Shown one piece after another: positions 9,279 through 20,500 of a DNA stretch of 64,000 bases; within the stretch, counting starts at the first letter, position 1, and each line of letters begins with the position of its first letter. Origin of the DNA: an uncultured Candidatus Saccharibacteria bacterium (GTDB lineage Bacteria > Patescibacteriota > Minisyncoccia > Phycocordibacterales > CAIZLB01). The notes beneath the pieces are model-generated. The model was not told the origin of the DNA, searched no databases, and saw only the letters and a program-made list of their open reading frames with translations. Both the position numbers and the translations under genes were made by a program. The DNA is taken from positions 9,335 to 73,334 of the forward strand of contig CAZKAF010000002.1 in NCBI GenBank assembly GCA_964550955.1. The letters are read 5' to 3'.

Positions 9279-10286
9279 ATGAATATCTTCAAAAAAGCAC
9301 CGGAATTCGTAGCTATCGGAGACATAGTTATCGACGCATTTATCAAGCTCAAGGACGCGCACGAAACCTTGAACAAGGAAACTCAGAAAACTGAAATATG
9401 CATGGTCTTCGGCACGAAGCTTCCTTTCGAATCGGCAGAAGAGGTCGTCGCGGTCGGAAACAGCGCCAACGCGGCCGTTTCGGCATCCAGACTGGGCCTC
9501 GGCTCGGGACTTATCGCCCATCTTGGCGATGACGAGAACGGCAAGAAATGCCTTGCAAAATTGAAGAGCGACAAGGTCGACACCCGCTACATAACAAGCC
9601 ACAAGGGACTCAGGACGAACTACCATTACGTGCTTTGGTTCGGCAGCGAAAGGACCATCCTCATCAAGCATGAGGACTTCCCCCTCACGCTTCCGGACAT
9701 CTCGTCGAGCAAATGGCTGTATCTCAGCTCGCTCAGCGAAAAGTCAGTGGAATTCCACCAGCAGCTTGCCGACTATCTGGAAAAAAATCCGGGCATCAAG
9801 CTCATCTTCCAGCCGGGAACATACCAGATCAAATTCGGAACTGAAAAGATCAAGCGCGTCTACGAAAAGGCGGAGCTTTTCTTCTGCAACCTCGAAGAGG
9901 CTCAGATAATACTCAAAAATAACACGCAGGACGTACGGGCGCTTCTCGAAGGATTGAAGGCTCTCGGCCCGAAGCTTCCGGTCATAACTGACGGACCGAA
10001 CGGCTCTTACGTCATCAACGAATCGAACCAGCTCGTGCACATACCCATCTATCCGGACATTGCCCCTCCGGTAGACCGAACGGGCGCAGGCGACGCGTTC
10101 GCTTCGACGTTCAGCACCGCTATCGCGCTCGGAAAAAGCCCCGAGGAAGCAATGAGATGGGGCTCGATAAACTCGATGAACGTATGCCAGCACGTCGGCG
10201 CCCAGGCAGGACTGCTTTCAAGGGAGCAGATAGAGGAATACGCCAAGAAAGCTCCGGAGAGCTGGAAGACCGAGATTATAAGCTAG
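9279..10286 (+). CDS. PfkB-family carbohydrate kinase (ribokinase-like). The ORF is open from 9228 but the start is probably MNIFKK.
   Basis: C-terminal PfkB signature DRTGAGDAFASTF. N-terminal Gly-rich sugar-binding region AVGNSANAA. Confidence 0.8.
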   Translation: MNIFKKAPEFVAIGDIVIDAFIKLKDAHETLNKETQKTEICMVFGTKLPFESAEEVVAVGNSANAAVSASRLGLGSGLIAHLGDDENGKKCLAKLKSDKVDTRYITSHKGLRTNYHYVLWFGSERTILIKHEDFPLTLPDISSSKWLYLSSLSEKSVEFHQQLADYLEKNPGIKLIFQPGTYQIKFGTEKIKRVYEKAELFFCNLEEAQIILKNNTQDVRALLEGLKALGPKLPVITDGPNGSYVINESNQLVHIPIYPDIAPPVDRTGAGDAFASTFSTAIALGKSPEEAMRWGSINSMNVCQHVGAQAGLLSREQIEEYAKKAPESWKTEIIS

Positions 10287-10311
10287 CCTCGCGCAAGAAT
10301 TTTAAAAGCAC

Positions 10312-12015
10312 ATGAACATTGAAAGCAAGCCATCGGCTGATCTGATACATTTTCTTGCCGCCAAGCAATACGACTTCAGCATGGACGAGTCGGTCCTTGA
10401 CTTGCATTCCAAAGACGCGAGCGTCTTTGTCGTTCCGCCATCCATCATCGTGTATCCCCGGAACGATGTCGAGATACGGGCCCTGGTACGAAAAGTCGGC
10501 GAAATAGATGCCGAGCATCGAAAAAACGCAAGCGGAAAGAAGTCGAAGCTCGAATCATTTTTCGAGTTCCTGAATCTCGGCACGCCCAAGCTGAATCAGG
10601 CTGCAATAACGCTTTCGACGAGAGCGGGAGGCACGTGCATGTCGGGAGGATCGCTGAGCACGGGTCTCATACTGAACCTCACCAAATACATGAACGCCTT
10701 CAAGGTGGACTACGAAAACAAGACGGCCTTAGTGGAAATGGGAGTGATGTACCGGGACCTGGAAACGGAGATGAACACCCGCAACCTTTTCTTTGCGGGA
10801 TACACTTCGTCGAAAGACATCTGCGGCATCGGCGGAATGATCGGAAACAATTCATCCGGCGAGAAGAGCCTCCTGTACGGGGCGACCATCGAAAATGTCG
10901 AGTCGGTCAAGGTCGTTCTCGCTGACGGAAACCTGTACTCATTCGGACCGATCCGGCCGGAAGAATTCGTGGCAAAAAGAGAGCGAGACGATGCCGAAGG
11001 GCTGATATACAGGAGAATCGGGGAAATTCTAAAGGAATATTCGTTCGAGATTCACGGCCTCAAGCATCCCGTTCCAAAATGCTCGTCCGGATACAGGATC
11101 GAAAAAATTTACAATAAGGACACGGGAGAATTCAACATCGCCCCGCTCTTCGTCGGAAGCCAGTCCACTTTGGGAATCGTCACCGAGGCGAAGATCAGGC
11201 TGCACGAATCGCGGAAGGCGCATGCCCTGCTCGCCATACCGGTCGAGTCGCTCGGCGATCTTCCGAAGATTCTCGGATTGACCATGTCATACGGGCCGGA
11301 ATCAGTCGAGACATTCGACATAAACACGCTGAACAGCGCCCAAAAATTCAAGCCGAACGAGGCGGGAATCGCGCGCACGTTTTTCAAGCAGAACACCGAG
11401 CTTATCATCCTTGCCGAGTTTGCCGGCGACACGATCGAGCAGGTTAACGCCTTGGCGGAAATCGTCAGGCAGCAGCTGGCGGTAAGCTCGACCGCATCCC
11501 CCGCTCATGTCGAGGACGTGCTCACGTACAAGAGCCTGTGGGCCATCAGGCGCTTCAGCTTCGGCGCCATGAGAGATGACGCGGACGGAACGCATCATGC
11601 GGTGCCCTGCATTGAGGACATCATCGTGCCCATTCAGAAGTTCGACGTGTTCATTCCCGAGCTGATCTCGATACTCAAGGAAAGAGGCATCAAGTACGGC
11701 TTTCACGGGCACATAGGCGACGGGGCCCTTCGCGTCATCCCGATATTCGACATGAGCCGGCCCGACGTGGTCGACCGCATCGCCGATTTGTCCAAGGCAG
11801 TCTTCGGCCTGGTCAGGAAGATGGGAGGAAACATGAGCGCCGACCACAGCGACGGAATAATCCGCTCTCCTTTTCTGAAGGCATTTTATGGCGCGCGGAC
11901 ATACAAGCTGTTCATGGACATAAAGAAGACATTCGATCCGGACAACATATGGAATCCGAACAAGAAAGTCGGAGGAACTGTCGCGGACATAGAAAAATAC
12001 ATCATCAGAAAATAG
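10312..12015 (+). CDS. FAD-linked oxidase / FAD-binding PCMH-domain dehydrogenase (GlcD / D-lactate dehydrogenase-like)
   Basis: RAGGTCMSGGS and GGMIGNNSSGEKSLLYG motifs, typical of the FAD-binding domain of the vanillyl-alcohol-oxidase/GlcD family. 567 aa. Confidence 0.8.
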   Translation: MNIESKPSADLIHFLAAKQYDFSMDESVLDLHSKDASVFVVPPSIIVYPRNDVEIRALVRKVGEIDAEHRKNASGKKSKLESFFEFLNLGTPKLNQAAITLSTRAGGTCMSGGSLSTGLILNLTKYMNAFKVDYENKTALVEMGVMYRDLETEMNTRNLFFAGYTSSKDICGIGGMIGNNSSGEKSLLYGATIENVESVKVVLADGNLYSFGPIRPEEFVAKRERDDAEGLIYRRIGEILKEYSFEIHGLKHPVPKCSSGYRIEKIYNKDTGEFNIAPLFVGSQSTLGIVTEAKIRLHESRKAHALLAIPVESLGDLPKILGLTMSYGPESVETFDINTLNSAQKFKPNEAGIARTFFKQNTELIILAEFAGDTIEQVNALAEIVRQQLAVSSTASPAHVEDVLTYKSLWAIRRFSFGAMRDDADGTHHAVPCIEDIIVPIQKFDVFIPELISILKERGIKYGFHGHIGDGALRVIPIFDMSRPDVVDRIADLSKAVFGLVRKMGGNMSADHSDGIIRSPFLKAFYGARTYKLFMDIKKTFDPDNIWNPNKKVGGTVADIEKYIIRK

Positions 12016-12023
12016 CGGACAGG

Positions 12024-12064
12024 AAAAAGCCCGCGACATGCATGGGATGCGCGGGCTTTTTTTA
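12024..12064. terminator. Bidirectional Rho-independent terminator between convergent genes
   Basis: aaaaa-GCCCGCG-...-CGCGGGC-ttttttt hairpin. Confidence 0.6.
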
Positions 12065-12091
12065 TTATTGAAACTAAGGACAAACTAAAAT

Positions 12092-13177
12092 CTACTTTCG
12101 GGCCAGCGCCTTGCGCACCGCCTCCTTTATATGGCTTTCCCCCATCTCATAATGCTCGATAAGCTGGTCCGGAGTTCCCGATTGGCCGAACTGATCGCGC
12201 ACTCCGACAAACTCCAGGGGAATAGGCAGGGACTCGGCCAAAAACTCGGCCACCGCGCTTCCCATGCCGCCGGCAACCTGATGCTCCTCGACGGTGACGA
12301 GCGCTCCGGTTTCCTTGGCCAATTGGTAAATGGCTTCGGTGTCCAGCGGCTTGATCGTCGAGAGATTCATGACGGTGACCGCGACCCCTTCCGCCTTGAG
12401 CGACTCGGCAACTCGGATTGCCTTGTGAACGAGCGACCCGCAGGCGATGATGCCCACGTCATGCTTTATATTGTGCTCGCCGTCGAGCTTGAAAGTGACG
12501 GATCCGCTGCTTTTCCTTGACTTGGTCTCGACGAACTCTTCCTCGCTGAGCGAGTACAGGATCTGAGCCTTGCCGATCTGAAAAGGAGTCTCGTCCGTCG
12601 TTATGACCGGAGTCTTCTCGCGGGCCAGGCGCAGATACACGGGCGTCGATACTCCCCCTTCCTCCGTGGTCAGCGCCGAAGCCTCAGTCGCCTTGCGCGC
12701 CTCGATGGCATCGCACGGCACGATGACGGTCATGTTCGGAATGACTCTCGTGATGGCGATGTCTTCTATTGCCTGATGCGTTCCGCCGTCCGGACCGACC
12801 GACACTCCGGCATGAGATCCGGCGATGATTACCTTGCGATCGTTGTACGCGACGGTAGTCCGTATCTGCTCCCAATTTCTTCCCGGACTGAACATCGCGT
12901 ACGAAGTCATGAACGGAATCTTGCCCATGGCCGCCATGCCGGAAGCGACGGATGCCATGTTCTGCTCAGCGATGCCTATCTCGACGAACCGCCCGGGAAA
13001 TTTCTTCTTGAATTCGAGCATCTGAGTGGACTCGGTCAGGTCCGCGCAGAGCCCGACGACAGCCGGATTCTTTTCGGCGGCCAGCACGAGCCCTTCGCCG
13101 AACCCCTTTCGAATGGGAACCTGCTCGATGTCTTCGTCGAATATTTTCGGATTTAGATTTTGCTTGTTGTTTTGCAT
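12092..13177 (-). CDS. Transketolase, C-terminal subunit (pyrimidine-binding plus C-terminal domains)
   Basis: EIGIAEQNMASVASGMA and HAGVSVGPDGGTHQ motifs. Sits adjacent to the N-terminal subunit gene, i.e. a split transketolase. Confidence 0.9.
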   Translation of the reverse strand: MQNNKQNLNPKIFDEDIEQVPIRKGFGEGLVLAAEKNPAVVGLCADLTESTQMLEFKKKFPGRFVEIGIAEQNMASVASGMAAMGKIPFMTSYAMFSPGRNWEQIRTTVAYNDRKVIIAGSHAGVSVGPDGGTHQAIEDIAITRVIPNMTVIVPCDAIEARKATEASALTTEEGGVSTPVYLRLAREKTPVITTDETPFQIGKAQILYSLSEEEFVETKSRKSSGSVTFKLDGEHNIKHDVGIIACGSLVHKAIRVAESLKAEGVAVTVMNLSTIKPLDTEAIYQLAKETGALVTVEEHQVAGGMGSAVAEFLAESLPIPLEFVGVRDQFGQSGTPDQLIEHYEMGESHIKEAVRKALARK

Positions 13178-13196
13178 GAGCGTGATGATTAAAATT

Positions 13197-14063
13197 CTAA
13201 ACCTTCAAATCTTCCAGGGCCTTCTGCACCTGCTCGGCCTTGTCCGGCGCGCCCGAAACGTTCGAGATGCCGGGAGGAGTGCCGTGCCATTCGTATCTCC
13301 GTTCCATATATGAGACGCCCTTGCCGGGAATGGTATGAGCGATGATTACCGAAGGTCGCTCAAAGACGGCCTGAGCCTCCTTCATCGCCCCGACGATGGA
13401 CCTCATGTCATGCCCGTCTATCTCCTGAACATGCCATCCGAATGCTTTCCACTTGTCATAGACCGGAGCCAAAGGCATCACGTCTTCGGTGTATCCGTCA
13501 ATCTGGATGTTGTTCCTGTCGACTATCGCTATCAAATTTCCCAATTTCTCCTTCGAGGCAAGCATGATGGCTTCCCAGTTCTGCCCCTCATTGAGCTCGC
13601 CGTCGCCGAGAGAGCAGTACACGAACCGCGGAATCATTCTTCCGAAATCCATCTTGTCCGCGATGGCCATGCCGACTGCCTGCGACAAGCCCGAGCCGAG
13701 CGGGCCGGAGCTGTTTTCGAGCGCCGGCAGGAATTCCCTATGAGGATGACCCTGAAGCCTGCTTCCGAACTTTCTCAAGGTCTTCAATTCTTCCACCGGA
13801 AAATAGCCCGAATGAGCCATCGTCGAGTAAAGGACCGGGCAAATATGACCGTTCGACAGGATGAACCTGTCCCGTTCCGGCCATGACGGATTCTTCGGAT
13901 CGTGCTTCAGGACATTGAAGTACAGCGCGGCGAAGACATCGGCCATGCCGAGCGGGCCGCCGGGATGTCCCGACTTCGCCTCGGCGAGCATTTCGATGAT
14001 GCTCACCCGAATGCCTCGGGCTTTCTCTTCCAGCTCCTTTACTTGTTCGTCCGTAAGAAACAT
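13197..14063 (-). CDS. Transketolase, N-terminal subunit (thiamine-diphosphate-binding)
   Basis: SGHPGGPLGMADV and GDGELNEG TPP-binding motifs. 288 aa. Confidence 0.9.
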   Translation of the reverse strand: MFLTDEQVKELEEKARGIRVSIIEMLAEAKSGHPGGPLGMADVFAALYFNVLKHDPKNPSWPERDRFILSNGHICPVLYSTMAHSGYFPVEELKTLRKFGSRLQGHPHREFLPALENSSGPLGSGLSQAVGMAIADKMDFGRMIPRFVYCSLGDGELNEGQNWEAIMLASKEKLGNLIAIVDRNNIQIDGYTEDVMPLAPVYDKWKAFGWHVQEIDGHDMRSIVGAMKEAQAVFERPSVIIAHTIPGKGVSYMERRYEWHGTPPGISNVSGAPDKAEQVQKALEDLKV

Positions 14064-14150
14064 ATTGCGTACAGTATACCAACAAAACGCGCAGATATAA
14101 AATAATTCATGAAATGACTCGCGATGATTCGCGCCGTCAAGGGCAAATAT

Positions 14151-14891
14151 TTAAAATTCCATGTCGCCGCAGACTTCTTCAAGCCGCTCGATAGTATCTC
14201 TCGGCATTTCAGATTCGAATATGAGCGATCCCGAGACAAGCCTCGAAGCGCCCGCGTCGACAAGCGCCCGGGCATTGTCCAAGCTGACGGCGCCGTCAAC
14301 CGAGATGAGGAGGTCCGGCCATTCCTTATGGATGTCAGAAATGAGCTTCAGGACTTTCGGATTGAATTCCTGATTCTGAAAGCCGACCCTGTCGATGCCC
14401 ATGCACTGTATGCCGTCAAGCAGGCCGTATCCCGCCACGCCGTCAACATAATCCCTGACCGATTCAATCGTTTCGCTCGGCTCGAATGCGATCATGAACT
14501 CGACGCCCTTGTCCTTGATGACATGCGCCAATTTCAGGCATGATTCCTTGTCGATATTTCTCTTGTGCACGATTACCCTCGAAGCGCCGGCGGCAATCCA
14601 TTGGTCGACTGCGAATTCAGGATTCTGCGCCATCACGTCGACTTCGAACTCGACGTCTTCCCAGCGGGGAATGCCGACCTCCTGCCGGACTATTTTTGAA
14701 AATTCGCCCTTTCCGTCGCCGGCATCGCCTTCGGTAAAGGGCCAGGTCTTGTTCGTGCCGAATGACCCGTCGACGACGTCTATCTGCACCCAAGGGACGA
14801 TGTCCGCGACAAGGTCGAGCTGCTCCGTGAAATGCGCGTAGCTTCTTGCCATCACGGCCGGGATAACATGCCTGATTTGCTCTTTATTCAT
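14151..14891 (-). CDS. rpe: Ribulose-phosphate 3-epimerase family protein
   Basis: IDVVDG motif (compare H-x-D-V-M-DG in Rpe) and a predicted TIM-barrel layout. Lies in a pentose-phosphate cluster with tkt and rpiB. Confidence 0.75.
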   Translation of the reverse strand: MNKEQIRHVIPAVMARSYAHFTEQLDLVADIVPWVQIDVVDGSFGTNKTWPFTEGDAGDGKGEFSKIVRQEVGIPRWEDVEFEVDVMAQNPEFAVDQWIAAGASRVIVHKRNIDKESCLKLAHVIKDKGVEFMIAFEPSETIESVRDYVDGVAGYGLLDGIQCMGIDRVGFQNQEFNPKVLKLISDIHKEWPDLLISVDGAVSLDNARALVDAGASRLVSGSLIFESEMPRDTIERLEEVCGDMEF

Positions 14892-15423
14892 ACAATGGTT
14901 TGTGTTTTATTTCTTCTATGTCGTGTAATCTTCTGACATGCCTCGAATCCCCGGAAAAAGGAGCGTTCAGCCACTTGAGGACGAGCTCCAGCGCCTGATC
15001 GCTCGAAAGGAATCTCGCGCCGAGCGACAGGACATTCGCGTCGTTATGCTCGCGCGAAAGGGTCACGATGTCTTCGGCCGGCTCGCCTCCGTAGCAAAGC
15101 GCGGCCCGCACATGCGGAAACTTGTTCGCCACTATCGCCTCTCCCTGTCCCGATCCTCCGATGACGATTCCGCGCGTAACATTCGAATGCCCCGCCTCTC
15201 TCGATTCCGCGACCAGGCTCGAGGAATCGTCATCTGATTTTTGAATCGCTTCGGCTTCTGATACGGCGCGAGCCACTTTTGAAATGAAAAGCGGGTAATC
15301 GTCAGTCGGCTGATAGGCATATGCGCCGCAGTCTATGACCCGATATCCGATGTCGCCCAAAGACTCCCTTAAGAATTCCTTAAGCTCGAAGCCGGCATGA
15401 TCTGATCCGATGAATATGTTCAT
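14884..15423 (-). CDS. rpiB: Ribose-5-phosphate isomerase B (RpiB/LacAB family)
   Basis: MNIFIGSDHAGFELK N-terminus and VIGGSGQGEAIVANK motif. Confidence 0.85.
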   Translation of the reverse strand: MNIFIGSDHAGFELKEFLRESLGDIGYRVIDCGAYAYQPTDDYPLFISKVARAVSEAEAIQKSDDDSSSLVAESREAGHSNVTRGIVIGGSGQGEAIVANKFPHVRAALCYGGEPAEDIVTLSREHNDANVLSLGARFLSSDQALELVLKWLNAPFSGDSRHVRRLHDIEEIKHKPLYE

Positions 15424-15453
15424 GATTTATTTTAATTGGCCGGCAGGCTTGGG

Positions 15454-15777
15454 CTAATTGTCGAGACCTTTTTCCATGGCCCGGCGAATCGCATCCGCCG
15501 CCGCTTCCTTGGCATCAGCGGTCGTCGTCTCCGACAGATATGTTCGCACGAACTCGTTAAATCTGGGCGCATGCTCGTCGGGAATGAAGGCGACTTCCGC
15601 AGGGCTCCTTCCGGTAACTCGCGCGAGCGCGTCAGCTATCCGCTGCTGCGTCTCGATGTCAAGCTGCTTCCAGCTTTCGGCAAGGCGTCCTCCGACGTCA
15701 TCGAACATGCCGACTTTTTCTTCCTCCATCTTTCCATCTTCCTCTTCTGCGGGTATGTGAGATTCAAATCTGCTCAT
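15454..15777 (-). CDS. Hypothetical acidic protein
   Basis: ORF without recognisable motifs. The start is taken as MSRFESH; the ORF extends to 15825. Confidence 0.3.
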   Translation of the reverse strand: MSRFESHIPAEEEDGKMEEEKVGMFDDVGGRLAESWKQLDIETQQRIADALARVTGRSPAEVAFIPDEHAPRFNEFVRTYLSETTTADAKEAAADAIRRAMEKGLDN

Positions 15778-15824
15778 TTTTTTTCGATTCGTGAATTTGA
15801 TGAATAAGAAAACGGCAGCCTGCA

Positions 15825-16853
15825 CTATACGAGCTTCGCCGCCTCGACCACGTGCTTTACGAGCGCGTGAGTATACCCCGCTTCGTTGTCATACCACGCA
15901 AGAACCTTTACGAGATTGCCGTCCACGACTCGAGTCATCTTGAGATCGGCGATGGACGCATGCGGATTGCCGATGATGTCCCTTGAAACCAGCTCATCGT
16001 CAGTCGCGTCGAATACTCCTTCCCATCGGCTTTCCTTCGCGGCCGTCCGAAGCAAGTCGTTCACCTCATCGACCGTCGTAGGCCTCTTCGCGATAAATGT
16101 CACGTCAACAAGGGAACCCGTAATGACCGGAACCCGAACGGCGATGCCGTCGAACTTGCCCTTGAGGTCCGTGATGACTTTCGTGGTCGCGATAGCCGCG
16201 CCTGTCGAAGACGGAGCCATGTTCATGGCAGCCGCCCTTCCCTCTCTCCAGTCTTTCTTGTTCGGAGCGTCGACGAGCGCCTGGCTCGCGGTATATGCAT
16301 GAGTAGTATTGAGGATGGCTTTTTCGATGCCTATCTTCTCATGCAGGATGGAGATAAGCGGACTCGCGGCATTCGTCGTGCATGACGCGTTCGAAGAGAT
16401 GGGGCATGTTGCCATCTCGGCGACATTGATGCCCATGAGCACCGTAGCGGCTTGCTGCGCGCCCGCCTCATCCTTTGTAGGGGCGGAAATGACGACTCGC
16501 TTGGCGCCCGCCGCTATGTGAGCGCTGGCTTTTTCGTACGAAGTGAAAAGCCCCGTCGATTCGAGCACGATGTCAACCTCCAAATCTTTCCAAGGCAAGT
16601 TCGCGGGATCCTTCTCGCTCAAGTACTTGACCTCCGAACCGTTAATGACGAGAATGTTCTTTTCAGTGTCCGCCTTTATGTCGAGATTGCTTCTTCCGTA
16701 TGCGCTGTCATATTTCATCAAGTATGCGATGTTTCCGATTTCGGCGAGGTCATTGATAGCAACTACTTGCAAATCCGGATTTTCAACTGCTAATTTCAGG
16801 AACGCTCTTCCGATTCTGCCGGCACCGTTGATTGCTATTTTTTTCTGTGACAT
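15825..16853 (-). CDS. gap: Glyceraldehyde-3-phosphate dehydrogenase
   Basis: NAD-binding INGAGRIGR motif and active-site ASCTTN motif. Confidence 0.9.
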   Translation of the reverse strand: MSQKKIAINGAGRIGRAFLKLAVENPDLQVVAINDLAEIGNIAYLMKYDSAYGRSNLDIKADTEKNILVINGSEVKYLSEKDPANLPWKDLEVDIVLESTGLFTSYEKASAHIAAGAKRVVISAPTKDEAGAQQAATVLMGINVAEMATCPISSNASCTTNAASPLISILHEKIGIEKAILNTTHAYTASQALVDAPNKKDWREGRAAAMNMAPSSTGAAIATTKVITDLKGKFDGIAVRVPVITGSLVDVTFIAKRPTTVDEVNDLLRTAAKESRWEGVFDATDDELVSRDIIGNPHASIADLKMTRVVDGNLVKVLAWYDNEAGYTHALVKHVVEAAKLV

Positions 16854-16878
16854 GAGTATTTCTTGCTATTTTAAATTA

Positions 16879-17430
16879 TTATTCCGAAGTTGAAGTTCCC
16901 TGGCTGGTCGAGTTTGAGCTAGTCTGAGTCGTGTTCGTGCCCGAAGCAGCTCCGCCTTGAGGCCTTTGAAGGACGACAGGAAGAATGTTCACGATCTTGT
17001 TCCTTGAAGGACTGTATACGATCGCCTTTCCGCTCGTGACATATAGGAGAATCTTGTCGCCCGTGATGACGCCGGCAAGATTCGGCTGCTCCTTGATGGC
17101 CAATTCCGCATCGTTGATAGTGAGGACTTCAGGAACCTCGTCTCCTTCGGGAAGAAGGGCTATCTGCGAAGCTTGAGCCGCGACCTCAACCGCTTCCTTT
17201 CGCGCAACTTCAGCTGCCGCAGCGGGATCCCTGAGCATCTTCAGCTCGTTTCGCTTTTCATAATACATGTATCCGAGCGCCGCGACGGCGATGATTAGGA
17301 TGATGTTCAGAATCTTGCCAAGCACCCTTTTCGGCTTCTTCTTTTTCTGGCTTGCAATGGGCGACCCTGTTGTCTGCGATTCGACTTGCGAAGGCATGAC
17401 CGGTTCTTTTGATATTTCTTGAGGTGACAT
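16879..17430 (-). CDS. Hypothetical membrane-anchored protein with a Ser/Thr-rich C-terminus
   Basis: Single TM helix (ILNIILIIAVAALGYMYY) after a basic stretch. C-terminal TNTTQTSSNSTSQGTSTSE. Confidence 0.4.
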   Translation of the reverse strand: MSPQEISKEPVMPSQVESQTTGSPIASQKKKKPKRVLGKILNIILIIAVAALGYMYYEKRNELKMLRDPAAAAEVARKEAVEVAAQASQIALLPEGDEVPEVLTINDAELAIKEQPNLAGVITGDKILLYVTSGKAIVYSPSRNKIVNILPVVLQRPQGGAASGTNTTQTSSNSTSQGTSTSE

Positions 17431-17533
17431 TTTTATTTCAATAAATAATTAATAAGATATGCATACAATTGTATCATATTTCCTTTTTGAGAGCCCGCAA
17501 ATTGTGAATACAGCCCGCAGCGCGGCGCGCGTC

Positions 17534-20500
17534 TTATGCAGACGGATTATCCGGTCCGGACGCCGGAGCAGGAGTCGGCTCCGGAGCAGTAGCTGGAGTT
17601 TCAGGACCAGGAGCCGGTTCCTCAGGAGGCGTGGTAAGCCCGGAAGCCGGAGGCGTCACGGAATCCCCGCCCCCTTGCTGGTCCTCGTCGGCAAGCTCGT
17701 CAGCTTCTTCTTCAGCCGGAATTTCCTCAGGCTCGTCAGGAATGGTCACCGGGTCAGGCGCGACCGTCGGCGCAGGAGCAGGGACAGTTCCGCACTTGCC
17801 CGGAACGCTGACCATCGAGCCGCCCTTCATCTTCAAGCAGTACGGCTCGTTCGTCGTCTCGTCGTAGATGGTGATGCCGGCAGGCTTCTCCCGGCTTCCG
17901 ACCGTCAAGCCTTCGACGGATATCTTCGCGAAGTAAACGATGCCGTTCTTGACCTCCTTGGCAATTCCGTCCACTTTCACCTTGAGCTCCTTCACCGCCT
18001 CTATAAGAAGACCGACAAGGTTCGCGATCTTGACCGACTTGTATTCGCCGCCTGATGACACCACTTCCGGAACCACCTGCTCCACTTCCTGGGCGATGAC
18101 GCCTATCTCGGTGGAAGTGCCGAATCGCGCCTTGTCGAGCCATTCGTATGAGACTCCCCTGAGCTGCATCACCTTGTCGAGCGCCCCTTCTATGGTATTG
18201 ATATTTTCCTTGAGCGACTCGTCCGAAGGAGACCGGATGATGTTTCCGTTCGCGTCCGTCGAGAGCGTCGTCGCGCCTCCGAGAAGGTTGGACGCGAAGA
18301 TGGTTCCGGCCACGGACAGCTTCTGCGCCGGAGTGGACGTGCCTATTCCGACATTGCCTCCCGACGTGATCCTGAGCCATTCGGTGTTGCCGCCGGCAGC
18401 GAACGTGAGGTTCCCGGCGGATCTCATTCCGAATTCGGATGCCGTATTGGCCGCAATGAAGTAAGCGGCAGATCCGACGTATCCGACATCGGAAGAGCCG
18501 TTGTTCCATGTCGTATATCCGCCATACTGGCCCTCGAACCTTCCGACGAGGCCTCCCGGATCAAGAGTCTTGACGTGGAGCGGAGCGACAGGGGTCGAGA
18601 TGCCTATTCCGACATAGCCGCTTTCGTGAATGGTGAGGTATTCATTGTCACCGCCGAGGTTGGAGAACTTCGCCGTGCCGGTAAACACCGAGCTGCCTGC
18701 CACCGCAAACGCAGTGGTAGGATCGGCGCTGCCGGTCAAGCTGTATGTCTGCATCTCGCAGCCTATCTTCGTGCCTCCGTCGTTACAGTTGGTGGCGCTC
18801 GCGGCCTTCGTGATGAATACATGGCCGTTTGCCACGAAGACGTCGTTGAAGGCGGCGGAATCAAATCCGGCATTGACGCTGCCCGATGCATCCGCGCCCG
18901 CAACATAGCGCGGAACGGCAGGATTGGAGATATCGAATACCATCAGCTCGCAGCCAGTGCCGTCCGCAAGCGAACATTCAGCAGCGCTCGCGCCTTTTGT
19001 AACATACAGATATTTGCCCGAGATGAACAAGTCATCGAATGCGAGGGTCGACGTGCCTCCATTTGCAGTACCCGAAGAGTCCGCGCCTCCCACAAGCACG
19101 GGATTGGCCGGATTAGAAACATTGAAAATCTTAAGCTCGCAGCCGAGCCTTACGAGACCGCAATCGCTGTTGTTTCCGGCCTGTCCCACATACGCGTATC
19201 CGTTTCGCACGACCACGGCATTGAATGCGATGCTTCCCGCTCCGGAATTTGTCGCGCCGGAGGAATCAGCACCGCTGACAAAGACAGGGCTGGCAGGGTT
19301 GCTGACATCCCAAATCTGAAGCTCGCAGCCGTTCCTGTTAGCGCCGGCATCGCAGGTAGTAGCGTTCGCCTTCGCGATATACATGTAGTTGCCCGAAACG
19401 AACACGTCATTGAAGGCGCTGTTCGTCGTTCCGGTTGCCACCTGACCGGACGCGTCGATGCCGGTAACGTAAGACGGCGCGGTAGAAGAAGAGACATTGT
19501 AGATGTGCAGCTCGCAGCCTATCTTCGTGCTTCCGTCGTTACAGTTGGTAGCGTTTCCGAGCTTTGCGACGAACGCATAGTTGCCGGAGACGAAGACGGT
19601 GCGGAAAGCGAGGCTTCCCGCGCCTGAATTAACCGAGCCGGACGCGTCGATGCCGCTCTGATATACCGGGTTGGAGGGATCGCTGACGTCCCAAATCTGG
19701 AATTCGCAGCCGGCCCGGTTGGCGCCGTTATCGCACGTGGTAGCAGCAGCCTTTCCTATATATGCATAGTTGCCGGAGACGAAGACGCTGTTGAAGGCAA
19801 CGTTGCCCACGCCGGCGTTCGCGGCACCGGCCGCGTCGGCTCCGCCGACATAGACGGGAGTCGCAGGATTGGAGACGTCATATATCTGAAGCTCGCAGCC
19901 CGCCTTGTTGTTCGCAGTGTTACAGTTGGTGGCAAGGGCAGCTTTCGCCACGAACGCATAGTTGCCGGAGACGAAGACGTCGGACAAGATGCCGCTGACG
20001 GTTCCGGTCGCTGTCAGGCTCGAAGCGTCCACGCCGCTGGCATACGCAAGCACCGGCGGTTCGGACAAGGAGCCCTGCACGGAAAGCTTTGCCGCAGGCG
20101 AGTCCGTTCCGATTCCCACGTTGCCTGCATTATAAGAAGCGATGTCTACTCCATGAGTAATCCACTGCGCCGCGCCTCCGTCCGCCGTGAAGAGCACCCC
20201 ATTCTGGTAGATATTGCCCGTGAAGTTGATGTCGCCGGCGACCGTCAGCGTATGGCTCGGGCTGCTGGTTCCGATTCCCACGTTGCCGGTCGACCTTAAT
20301 GTCATGACCTCGGTCAGCGAATTGCCGAGCTTGAAGGCAAGGTTCCAAACTCCGCCAGTTCTCGAAAGGGCTTCTATGGAAGCGCCGTTATACGCTCCCG
20401 CGCCGTTTGATGAGCCCGTGAACAATATGCCAGGACTGCCCCAGCTTCCCGATGAATCTATCCTGATGGCATGCGTCGAGGAAGCCGGCTCAAATCCGTA

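Noticed and set aside
11302-12039. 245-aa minus-strand ORF inside the FAD-linked oxidase gene
   Set aside because: Antisense to a gene with clear FAD-binding motifs.
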